64,000 nt of DNA from an uncultured Pseudomonadota bacterium (GTDB lineage: Bacteria; Oederibacteriota; Muellerivitia; Muellerivitales; Muellerivitaceae): assembly GCA_963770835.1 (NCBI GenBank), contig CAVYRH010000010.1, forward strand, positions 1-64,000. Reading direction: 5' to 3'. Both the position numbers and the translations under genes were made by a program. Of this stretch, positions 56,601-64,000 are shown in pieces; the first letter of the stretch is position 1, and every line of letters begins with the position of its first letter. Below the pieces are notes generated by a model. That model searched no databases. It was not told the origin of the DNA and was given only the letters and a program-made list of their open reading frames with translations.

Positions 56601-59300
56601 GAAACAGCCCTCTTCAAGGTGCGCCTGGACACCACGGTGGAAACCCCCATAGTGGTTTCGCCCAGCCACCCGAACCCGCAAGCCTGGTACGCCTCGCGCC
56701 GCGTGGAACTGACCTGGAAGGATCCGGCGGACCTCTCCGGCATCGACGGCTATTACTACCTCTTAAACGCCGAGGAACATTGGAAGGCGGAATTAAAGGA
56801 AATGGCCTGGACGACCGCCCGGGGCACGGTTTTGACGCTTCCCGAGGACGGGATCTGGTTTTTCCACCTTCTGGCCAAGGACCACGCCGGCAACACCGGC
56901 GCCTGCGCGGACTTCAAGATCCAAGTGGATTCCAAGGCCGTGGCCCCGGAAGTGAAAAGCCCCACCCATCCCCCCCGGCAATGGGTCAAACTCTCCACGC
57001 CCAAATTCATGTGGGACGCGCCCAGCGAATCCGCCGGGGTGGAAGGCTACTACGTAGCCTTGGACAGCAAGCCCCACACCATCCCCGGGCCGGGCAACGG
57101 CAAGTGGATCACCGAAACTTCCTTAACCGCCCCCTCCTTGAAAGACGGCAAGTGGTTCTTCCACGTCACCACCAAGGACCTGGTGGGGAACCTCAGCAAG
57201 GAAGCGGCCCATTACCCCGTCTTGATCGACACCCAGCCCCCGAAGTCCCAGGTGAAGCCCATGGCCCCGCTCCTGGACAAGACCCAGGTTTACGTGGAAT
57301 GGAGCGCCTCCGACCCGAACGCCGAAATCGCCGGGTACGACGTGCAGGTGAAGACCGACAACGGGCCCTGGGGCGACTGGCTTTCCAACACCTCCGCCAC
57401 CTCGGGGGTTTTCCCCGGGGCCGACGGCAAGCGTTACGCCTTCCGCGTGAGGGCCAAGGACAGCGCGGACAACGTGGAAAATTACCCCGAGGGGGAGATG
57501 GCCTACACCACGGTGGATATCGGGCCGCCGCCTTCCGTGAACCAGCTCAAGGCGACCCCCAAGGCGCTCGGGGACATCGAGCTCAAGTGGAACCCGGTGG
57601 AAGACCGGGTCTCGGGCACGGACTATTACCGCGTCTACCGCTGGCTGGAGAACGAACCGAAGGCCAAGATCTCCGCCGACGGAGAAGTGAAAAAGACGGA
57701 ATTCCTCGACAAGGGCGCGGGGCTCAAGGAAAACACGGTTTATTACTATTGCGTCCAGGCCGTGGACAAGATGGGCAACGAACAGCACGAGGGAAACACC
57801 ACCGCCGCCGCCCTCTCGGACCACGGCGTGGGCACGCCGGTGGTCACCAGCCCCACCCATTCCAGCGACGACTGGAGCTCGAGGAACGCGGCCATTCTCA
57901 CCTGGGACGCCCCGGCGGATTCCACCGGCATCGCCGGCTACTATTACCTTTTGGACCAAAGCCCCAATTCCCGGCCCACGCCGGAAAACGGCACCTTCGT
58001 GGACAACCGCCGGGTGGAACTCTCCGGGCTCGAAAGCGGCATCTGGTATTTCCACCTGACCGCCAAGGACCGGGCGGAAAACTTGAGCGAGCCCGCGGCC
58101 CATTACCGCCTGAGGATCGACGTTTCCAGGCCCGCCGCGCCCCAGGTCACCTCCCCCAGCCACCCCGATTCCCAAAGGTGGTACGACTCGGCCAAGCCCG
58201 AGTTCCACCTGTCGCCGGCCGCCAAGCTCTCGGGCGTGGAGGCCTTCTATTACGTTTTCGACCGCAACCCCGACACCGTCCCGGTCCCCAACGAGGCGCT
58301 GCGCACCAACGAGGAGTCGGTGGCTTTGAAGGCCTCCGATCCCGGCGCCTGGTTCTTCCACGCGGTAGTGAAGGATAGGGCGGGCAATTTTTCCGAGCCC
58401 ACCCACTTCACGGTTTTGATCGCCGCCGGGGAAATGCCCCCGCCGGTGCTCTCCAGCCCCAGCCATCCCATGGAAGACGAGTGGGTGAGCAACCACGACC
58501 CCCTCTTCACCTGGGAGGACCGCCACGACGGCAGCTTTAAGCCCGCGGGCTATGTCTACAAGTTGAGCCCCAACCCGGTGGAAACCCTGACCTCTGAAGA
58601 TAACTTCACCGCCGAAAAATCCGTACAACTCAAGGAAGTGGGCGACGGGGTTTGGTATTTCCACATCGCGGCGGTCGGGAAGAAGGGGACCCCCGGCCCC
58701 TTGAGTTCCCGCCGGAAGCTGGCCATCCAGCGACTGGGCAAGGTTTACGGCTCTTTCGTCCGTAAGGACGGGTTGACCGCGATTTCCGGGACCAAGGTGG
58801 AAATGGCCAAGGGGGACAAGGTGGTGGCCACGGCTGTGACCGACTCCAAGGGCTTTTTCAATTTCTCCAGCCTGCCCGAGGGCCGCTATGAGGTGCGGCT
58901 CCATAGCGACCAGTACCCGGTTTTGCGCCTTAAGGATATCGCCATCACCCAGGAAGAAGGCCTGGCGGGGGTTACCTTCACGGAGGACATGGGCCTCTTC
59001 CCGGCGCCCCCCGTGTCCGGGCCACTGCGCTTTTACTATTTCCTGAAGGAAGACTGCAACGTGACGCTGGAGGTTTTCGACTCCACCGGCGCCCTGACGG
59101 GCAAGGTGGAGGAAAAGCGGGAAGGCGGGGCCTACGCGGTGACCATCTGGGACGCGGCGGGCAAGGCGGAAGGGGAGTACCTCTACAAGCTTTCGGCCAA
59201 GAGCATTACCAAGAACACCATGTCGCGGTTCGCGGTGAAGAAGTTCCGCATCCAGAAGAGTTCCAAAGAAGCTGCCCCCCAGCCCCAGCCGGTTTCTTAA
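53667..59300 (+). CDS. 1877-aa multidomain protein: HicB-like N-terminus, beta-propeller, FN3, ten about-100-aa 'SP(S/T)H' Ig-like repeats, carboxypeptidase-regulatory-like and FlgD-like C-terminal domains
   Basis: 'VARCPLLPGCQAQGKTPKEALEQLKNAL'; 'FxGxLYAGT' blades; repeated 'SPSHP...W...SGIxGYYY...WYFH...DxAGN'; strong GC3 coding bias. Confidence 0.88.
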   Translation: MLRKDDKIQKKVFPYEFPVELETRAHGNVVARCPLLPGCQAQGKTPKEALEQLKNALDLYFTSATPAFFESLEQFKDIPNLYDLTEFRGILYAATGQDSVLKSSSGAPGSWKKVPVTSNPTKFFTPGAKGKEASGDYTTQVYCLCSYAPPGKEAILFAGTNLNGAVYQTTDGETWRDAFSTGEDRIHALCEFKGRLYAGTSSQGKVYAYDGVQWNNVGSLSEVAVTCLGVFNGRLYAGTYPSGLLFSTPDGLNWEEVSATGQNFIQCLQEFNGAFYAGTSSPKGVKVFRTENGVDWALAYETTRELNLYCMEVFENALYAGTGNSGRILKTLDGVDWSTAYAGDQEGVRAFTIFGDYLYAGTENNGAILRSTFDMARMPALSDLRVEKLTSSSALITWTTDISATSEVHYGAKGQGTELAKVVMDKSLELYHRLHLTDLVSETEYEFKVVSAYRTSSLAVSGTSSFQTPAVPPPAITSPSHPQPGKWEKSSDIEILLHPTVPLAGYHYLLNHYPETVPAPPEASFTQDKRIAFSGTAQGTWYFHVVGEDEAGNIGSEASHYKILLDTEAAPPQRPQSPTHPDPEKWVADPTPVLAWEAPKDLSGVKGYYVKADHEPNTVPGPGTGEFTQETRLTLGPLEDGLWYVHVSTLDEAGNAGQEAAHYPLRIDTKALAPALSSPSHPQGEQWYSNKKVEVAFLPPHDLSGIEGYYYCIDHEPMTLPDPDSALFTDKPQAVFEEVEDGQWFVHARTKDKAENLSPQAGHLKVCVDTLVSPPKVSSPSHPVETTFAGSADSPQGAPVPSGRWYRNRRVVIQWEDPFEHSGIEGYYYNIDRKADTVPNAENSLFTRERSVSFELTDDGLWYFHITTKDKAGNVDWKAVHYPLRVDTVAARPFLSSPSHPDQEQWYSTPKAVFKLAAPDDLSGITGFYYNFSEDPKAAPDPKTSTFTAQNEITLDIPRDGVHTLSVICQDAAGNTSKETALFKVRLDTTVETPIVVSPSHPNPQAWYASRRVELTWKDPADLSGIDGYYYLLNAEEHWKAELKEMAWTTARGTVLTLPEDGIWFFHLLAKDHAGNTGACADFKIQVDSKAVAPEVKSPTHPPRQWVKLSTPKFMWDAPSESAGVEGYYVALDSKPHTIPGPGNGKWITETSLTAPSLKDGKWFFHVTTKDLVGNLSKEAAHYPVLIDTQPPKSQVKPMAPLLDKTQVYVEWSASDPNAEIAGYDVQVKTDNGPWGDWLSNTSATSGVFPGADGKRYAFRVRAKDSADNVENYPEGEMAYTTVDIGPPPSVNQLKATPKALGDIELKWNPVEDRVSGTDYYRVYRWLENEPKAKISADGEVKKTEFLDKGAGLKENTVYYYCVQAVDKMGNEQHEGNTTAAALSDHGVGTPVVTSPTHSSDDWSSRNAAILTWDAPADSTGIAGYYYLLDQSPNSRPTPENGTFVDNRRVELSGLESGIWYFHLTAKDRAENLSEPAAHYRLRIDVSRPAAPQVTSPSHPDSQRWYDSAKPEFHLSPAAKLSGVEAFYYVFDRNPDTVPVPNEALRTNEESVALKASDPGAWFFHAVVKDRAGNFSEPTHFTVLIAAGEMPPPVLSSPSHPMEDEWVSNHDPLFTWEDRHDGSFKPAGYVYKLSPNPVETLTSEDNFTAEKSVQLKEVGDGVWYFHIAAVGKKGTPGPLSSRRKLAIQRLGKVYGSFVRKDGLTAISGTKVEMAKGDKVVATAVTDSKGFFNFSSLPEGRYEVRLHSDQYPVLRLKDIAITQEEGLAGVTFTEDMGLFPAPPVSGPLRFYYFLKEDCNVTLEVFDSTGALTGKVEEKREGGAYAVTIWDAAGKAEGEYLYKLSAKSITKNTMSRFAVKKFRIQKSSKEAAPQPQPVS

Positions 59301-59303
59301 AAG

Positions 59304-59380
59304 CAGTTCGCAGTCGGCAGTCTGCGGCTGGCAGTTAAGGCTTAAAATAAGTACCTGCGAACAGCGAACCGCCGGCTGCA
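59304..59380. repeat. Heptamer-unit inverted-repeat element
   Basis: CAGTTCG CAGTCGG CAGTCTG CGGCTGG CAGTT ... CTGCGA ACAGCGA ACCGCCG GCTGCA. Confidence 0.7.
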
Positions 59381-59393
59381 ACCTGTCTTTACC

Positions 59394-59422
59394 TTGACTA
59401 AATAAGTTTGCCTCGGTACCAT
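59394..59422 (+). promoter_or_regulatory. Sigma70-type promoter of tRNA-Asp
   Basis: TTGACT-N17-TACCAT. Confidence 0.6.
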
Positions 59423-59514
59423 ACGTCCTCGTTTCGCTTCCCTTAAAGGGGGCCCCGCAAGGGGTTCGTGACAAAGCGAAGGAAGTTCCTTCCTGCTTTT
59501 TCCATTTCCTGCGA

Positions 59515-59592
59515 GGGGTTGTAGCTCAGTTTGGTTAGAGCGCCTGCCTGTCACGCAGGAGGTCGCGGGTTCGAGCCCCGTCAACCCCGCCA
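59515..59592 (+). tRNA. tRNA-Asp(GTC)
   Basis: Full cloverleaf: GGGGTTG/CAACCCC, anticodon arm CCTGC-CTGTCAC-GCAGG, TTCGAG T loop, encoded CCA. Confidence 0.97.
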
Positions 59593-59680
59593 TTTTAAAT
59601 TTCATTGTCACCAGCGCATTTCAAATGCCTTTGCCTGTAAGGGTTTCACAACCCGGAAGGCAAAGGCATTTTTTTTGATG

Positions 59681-59750
59681 GGACGGTCAAGGATGGTCAA
59701 CGGCGGTCAAAAACGGTCAAAGATGGTCGAATAGGACTCCAATAGGACAC
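59681..59750 (+). repeat. Tandem 10-bp arm-type repeats
   Basis: GGACGGTCAA GGATGGTCAA CGGCGGTCAA AAACGGTCAA AGATGGTCGA, then two AATAGGAC (inverted copies at 59896-59914). Confidence 0.8.
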
Positions 59751-59962
59751 TGGAAAAAATCCTAGAAACCGCCAAACTTCCCAAAACCTCCTACCGCTTC
59801 GGCATGAGGTCGTGGGCAAAAGTTTTTTCATAACCTCCTGACTTTTTAGAGGTTGGCCGCAAAAAGAGGCCTTTTTCGATACAAACCCCTTTGAAGTCCT
59901 ATTCGTGTCCTATTTAGCCGGGTTGCCGGGCCGATAGCGATGGCTCAATTAAAACTAAACCT

Positions 59963-62310
59963 TCAATGGGCCGAATCCATCATCCCCAACGACCGGTAGG
60001 TTTTCTGCCTGCGCCAAGCCATTTTTTTGAGGACTGGCACGAAATCGTCCAAATAGTCATAAACCACGGCGTTCATTTTTCCCTCATGAGCCCGCTGGAT
60101 TCTTCCCAAGTATTGGATAAGTTTTCCCTTGAAGGAAATGGGAAACGACAAGAAAAGGGTATCCAGCTTAGGACAGTCGAAACCTTCCCCCAGGTATTGG
60201 CCGGTGGCCACCAGCAGGATTTCGGCGTCAGGCGGCGCTTCCATAACCCCTTGGATAATGGCCGCCCGTTCTTTTTTTCCAATATCGCCGGTTAAAAGCT
60301 TAGGTGATTTCCCGGTTTCTTTCAGCAGCTCCGCCAACCTATGGCAGTGCTCCTTGCGCTGGCTCAACACCAAACATTTCCGGCCTTCCGCGAGGGCCTG
60401 CACCACATCCTCAACAATCATCCGGTTTCGGGCCTCATCCTGGGCTAAAGCCTGAAAAATCCCTTGGATGGAAAATTCCTCGTTGGCTTGTTCAAACCGA
60501 AAGTTAGTGGGCCGGATTTTGAGAGCGGTTTGCAAGCCCTCTTTAGTTTCGGCCATTCGATATCGCAGGGGGCCGCATTGCATGAAAATCAAGTCTTGAA
60601 GCCCGTCACGGCGGATGGGGGTGGCGGTTAGCCCCAACACATACCGAACCGGGGCTTGTTTGACGTACTGCTCGAAGGATACGGCGGGCAAAACATGGCA
60701 CTCGTCCACAAGGATGAAGCCATATCGCGAGAAGAATTCCCTCAAGTCCTCCATCCGTTTAAGACTCTGGATCATGGCTAAATCGATGGTTCCGGTTTGA
60801 GCGTTTCCTGCCCCCACCGACTTGGCCGATTTGACGTGGTTTCAACCCCAACATTTTTTTCAATTGGGCGCGCCACTGGTCCAGGATGGGTTTGCGGTGG
60901 GAAAGGATAAGGGTGGGCTGGTTGCGGCGGGACACGGCATAACAACCCATTACGGTCTTACCGGCTCCCGGAGGCGCGACCAATACCCCCGTTTCATGGC
61001 GCAATACCTCACGCATGGCCTTTTCCTGGTTGGAGGTCAATTCACCCTGGAACTTCAACTTCAAGGGATCATGGGCCAGCCGGGTATCTTTTATCTCCAC
61101 TGAACTCCCGGCCTCTTCCAATATCTTCCTCAAATCCTCCAAAGTGCCGCGTGGGAAATGGAGATAAGCCGCGTCTTCCCCATAGCACCGAATGAATCGT
61201 GGAATTCCATAAGTGGAGAAGCGCATATTTTGCCGCTCATAAAAAACGGGATTGTGTAGGGAAGCCAAATGCTTGAGTTGGGATAACAGCCAGGGTGGTA
61301 TACCGGATTTTTCAACGCCGAGGGAAGCGTCCAAGACACAGCGGATTAAGGATGGCGCGGGATACTTTTTCTTGAGAACCGGGGAAACGGTCTTTGCTGT
61401 TGTTTGTGCGCCTACTTCAATGGGCGGAATCTTTTCCAACAGGGCTGATAATTGAGCGGCGTTTAACCGCCTGACAGAACTTAAGAACGCCCACTGATCG
61501 GGATAAGGGGTTCAAATCCGTACTTCCCGAATTCAGGAATTCCGTGCAACCCATTTCACGGCGCTGTTTTTGGAGTGGAAGGGCGATCAAGTTTCCAAAA
61601 CCGCCCCTGGGCATGAAATCCTGATTTGGAAAAAACCTGTCGTAACTGGCTAAATCCACCTCGGCCCTTTTTTCCATGGTGTCCCGCAGGAGGCGCAGGC
61701 CCAGTTGCCGGGCGGAAACGGCTTGGACAGGCGTGGAAAAGAAAACCCAAGCGTGCCCGCCATTCCCTGAACGGGATTTTTCTAGGTAGGCCGGAATGCC
61801 GTAGGAAGCGCAGGATTGCAGGTAGGCCAGTGAGTCCAATTCCCAACCGGCTTTGTCGAAATCGCAGGCAAGGAACCAACAGGTGTTTTCCTTGAGTAGC
61901 GGATAAACACCGATGGTTTTCTTTCCGGACAAATGGTCTTGAACCACTTGGTCGGTCAAAGGCAGGTACTTCTTGGGCTTTCCCTTTCCTGCCCAGGGGT
62001 TCTCACAGGCCGGGGAATAGCCTTTCTTGCCGGTTGTCTGGTTCATCCACAAAAGCGGATACACATCATCCCGTCCCTTAAAGAGAATGCGAAACAGGCT
62101 TATCTTGTTCTGGTTGGAAGAATGGGAATCCACTTTCGGTAAAGGCTCGGTCTGCAAAGGAGGGGGTGGAGGCGCTTCATCGGTATACTCAGCGGGAGAT
62201 TCTTGGGCGGCAAGCACAGGTCCTTGGGGTAAGCCCAGACGGTTCTTTAGCTCCGCATTTTCCAGGCGTAATCGTTCTATTTCCTTGAGGGCTTCTTCCA
62301 ATTCGGACAC
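59963..62310 (-). pseudogene. Archaeo-eukaryotic primase-like (TOTE-type) + SF2 DEAD/DEAH helicase fusion, split by two +1 frameshifts
   Basis: 'LFKGRDDVY...IGVYPL...CWFLACDFD...EKSRSGNGGHAW...GNLIALPLQ'; 'APPGAGKT', 'DECH', 'TATP', 'GEGFDCP', 'GRIQR' spread over three ORFs. Confidence 0.85.
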
Positions 62311-62322
62311 AGCAACCTCATT

Positions 62323-63111
62323 TCACAAAAGCGCCAAAAGCCGCTCCGAAACTATTTTGTCCGCTTGAGCCGCATCGTAATCGGAGGCGGGAGCCAGCAG
62401 CGGCCTCAAATCATTGTGGAACAGGTCCATTTCCATTTTGGATTCCAGGTTCCTTTTAAACATGGCACCGGTGATTTTGGCTTCCTCATAATCCATGTAG
62501 CGTTTGAAAGCTTTGACGATCTTACTGGCATCCGTTCCTTTCATTTCCAGGCCCATCCACAGGTCGAATAGGTCGCGGCCCTTCCGGCGCTGATAAAGGG
62601 CCCGGAGCTTTGTCCCCAGGAGTTCTTCCAGCGTATAAGTTTTGATATTGGCCTCCCCATCAAACCAGCCCGATTTGACACCGAATTTCCTCTCAATGAC
62701 CCCAAACACATCGAAATGCTCCCGGCTGTTGATCTCCACCTTTAGCTTGAGAGGCGTTACCGGAGGGTTTTCCGACTGCATGCGGTACAGCAGGGTCACG
62801 GTTCCAGGGTTCCTTTCCCGGCGGGGCTTGCCTAACAAGGGGTCCAAACGGTCGCGCAACCCGTCCAGGATGGGGCCGATAGGGCCTTCCGTATGCTGAA
62901 CCAGGTCAATGTCTTCCGAATAACGAAAGGGCTTGTCCGCGTAAAGCTTGTGAAGCGCCGTGCCGCCCCTTAAGACCAAGCTATTGGAAACCCTGTCATC
63001 CCGGAATATCTCCACCAAGGCACGGCTAAGGATTAAATCCTGCTCCACTTGGGAGTCCAGGAACCAGGGGGCGGCATTCCGCCAATCTAAAATGAAATTT
63101 TGTTGGATCAT
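62323..63111 (-). CDS. AbiEii/AbiGii-family nucleotidyltransferase toxin (type IV TA)
   Basis: 'QVEQDL', 'LRGGTALHK', 'RYSEDIDL', 'TKLRALYQRRKGRDLFD'. Confidence 0.93.
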   Translation of the reverse strand: MIQQNFILDWRNAAPWFLDSQVEQDLILSRALVEIFRDDRVSNSLVLRGGTALHKLYADKPFRYSEDIDLVQHTEGPIGPILDGLRDRLDPLLGKPRRERNPGTVTLLYRMQSENPPVTPLKLKVEINSREHFDVFGVIERKFGVKSGWFDGEANIKTYTLEELLGTKLRALYQRRKGRDLFDLWMGLEMKGTDASKIVKAFKRYMDYEEAKITGAMFKRNLESKMEMDLFHNDLRPLLAPASDYDAAQADKIVSERLLALL

Positions 63112-63914
63112 GCTTCGGGCTCAAGTTTGGCGTTGACCAGCAAACGCCATTTTTGACTTTCCCGCGCTTGTTTCACCGGAAAGGCGGGGTGAAGCGGGCG
63201 GAATGGCGGGTCTTTCTTTCCAACCCAATCCGCCAATCCAATGCAAAGGTTTTTACCCCCGACTCGTTCCAGCAGCCATCCCAGGCGTTGCGCCGTGAGG
63301 ATGTCGTTGTGCCTTTTGACGGTGGCCAACAGTTTTTTGGCGTCCAGCCTTTCCGAGAGTTCTGAAAGCACCGTTATGACATTATCAAGCCCGCCAGCCC
63401 CCTTGGGATACCGGGCCAAATCCCAAGCGGTCGTTTCGGGGGTTGAGACTTTCTCGTATCCGGTGGGAGTCTTCATGTCGGTCGTTTCGGAGCAATCGAA
63501 GGGGCCTTTCCCGAAAAAACGGATTCGGAAATTTCCGATTTTAATGGGCCTCACCGACCGCGTGGGAACCATCACCTGGAATTCCTGCGGCTGGTGGTGG
63601 GCCGCGCCATAAAGCTGGGCCGCCGAGAGGAGCCCCACATAATAGGGCTTGCCCAGGTCTTTCATGAGATCATGAATGAACCATTCCGGGGGCAAGGCGC
63701 CCATGGAACGGTGCTGCGGGTCCACGATCACGTAAAAACCGGACCGGGGCATGATGAGGCGACCGGCCTTGACCAGACGATGAAGGGCCATATAGGTAGT
63801 CATGGGGGCTGTCATAAGGCGCTGTTGGGCTTCTTCCCGATGAAACGTATAGCGCCCATGCCCCAATAGGTCTTCGATATATCGTCCCGCCGAGGGTGAT
63901 TTTTTTGTTTTCAT
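63108..63914 (-). CDS. AbiEi-family type IV antitoxin
   Basis: 'GFYVIV', 'YYVGLLSAAQLYGAAH', 'VSTPETTAWDL'; ATGA overlap with the toxin. Confidence 0.92.
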   Translation of the reverse strand: MKTKKSPSAGRYIEDLLGHGRYTFHREEAQQRLMTAPMTTYMALHRLVKAGRLIMPRSGFYVIVDPQHRSMGALPPEWFIHDLMKDLGKPYYVGLLSAAQLYGAAHHQPQEFQVMVPTRSVRPIKIGNFRIRFFGKGPFDCSETTDMKTPTGYEKVSTPETTAWDLARYPKGAGGLDNVITVLSELSERLDAKKLLATVKRHNDILTAQRLGWLLERVGGKNLCIGLADWVGKKDPPFRPLHPAFPVKQARESQKWRLLVNAKLEPEA

Positions 63915-64000
63915 TTCGGTTGCGGATTATAACGAAAAGTGTAAGGAATTGCGACCGGTTTATAGAACGATTTTTGCCGGAGGTCCATGACCAAATTAAC

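Larger units (their letters stand above)
59593..64000. mobile_element. Start of a second genomic (defence) island downstream of tRNA-Asp
   Basis: Arm-type repeats right after the tRNA, then AbiE toxin-antitoxin and primase-helicase genes; no integrase or att copy inside the window. Confidence 0.6.

Noticed and set aside
57123..59474. 783-aa minus-strand ORF, plus 532-aa + ORF at 56780-58378 and many similar ORFs over 36-59 kb
   Set aside because: Off-frame or antisense shadows of high-GC3 genes; no recognisable motifs.
59681..59750. CRISPR array
   Set aside because: 10-bp tandem units without spacers, and no cas genes in the window.

Overview
Bacterial chromosomal window, about 55-60% GC in the core genes by eye. 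Several large secreted Thr/Pro-linker proteins end in FlgD-Ig/T9SS-CTD-like tails, which suggests an uncultured diderm lineage such as FCPU426-like bacteria (inference only). Layout: (1) 1-18476 is the right part of an integrative element ending at a 3' fragment of tRNA-Thr(CGT). It holds a leading-region-like small-gene cluster, an ardC truncated at a RIT-type end, and a recombinase-in-trio (RIT) element whose ends enclose a 1238-aa autotransporter and split a small Cys-rich gene. (2) 18.9-30.2 kb holds an AraC regulator, a CTD-protein/PorP-like-barrel-TPR/histidine kinase/response regulator operon and a second large CTD protein. (3) 30.2-49.9 kb is housekeeping: rpsP-khpA-rimM-trmD-rplS, rnhB, yraN, cca, M50 protease, trpS, scpAB, a frameshifted adenylate cyclase, miaB and mutS. 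It is interspersed with 7-, 9- and 10-bp-unit inverted-repeat elements, one of which brackets a GxxExxY nuclease gene. (4) Next come an IS5-family element inside an AT-rich Kelch/MORN gene and a 1877-aa HicB-like/beta-propeller/Ig-repeat protein. (5) tRNA-Asp(GTC) is followed by the start of a second island with AbiEi/AbiEii and a frameshifted primase-helicase. Best candidates for undescribed systems: the GxxExxY inverted-repeat cassette with an empty relative that supplies a host gene's signal peptide, the cargo-carrying RIT element, the CTD/PorP-TPR/two-component operon, and the HicB-headed giant protein. All family calls come from motif recognition by eye; no searches were run.
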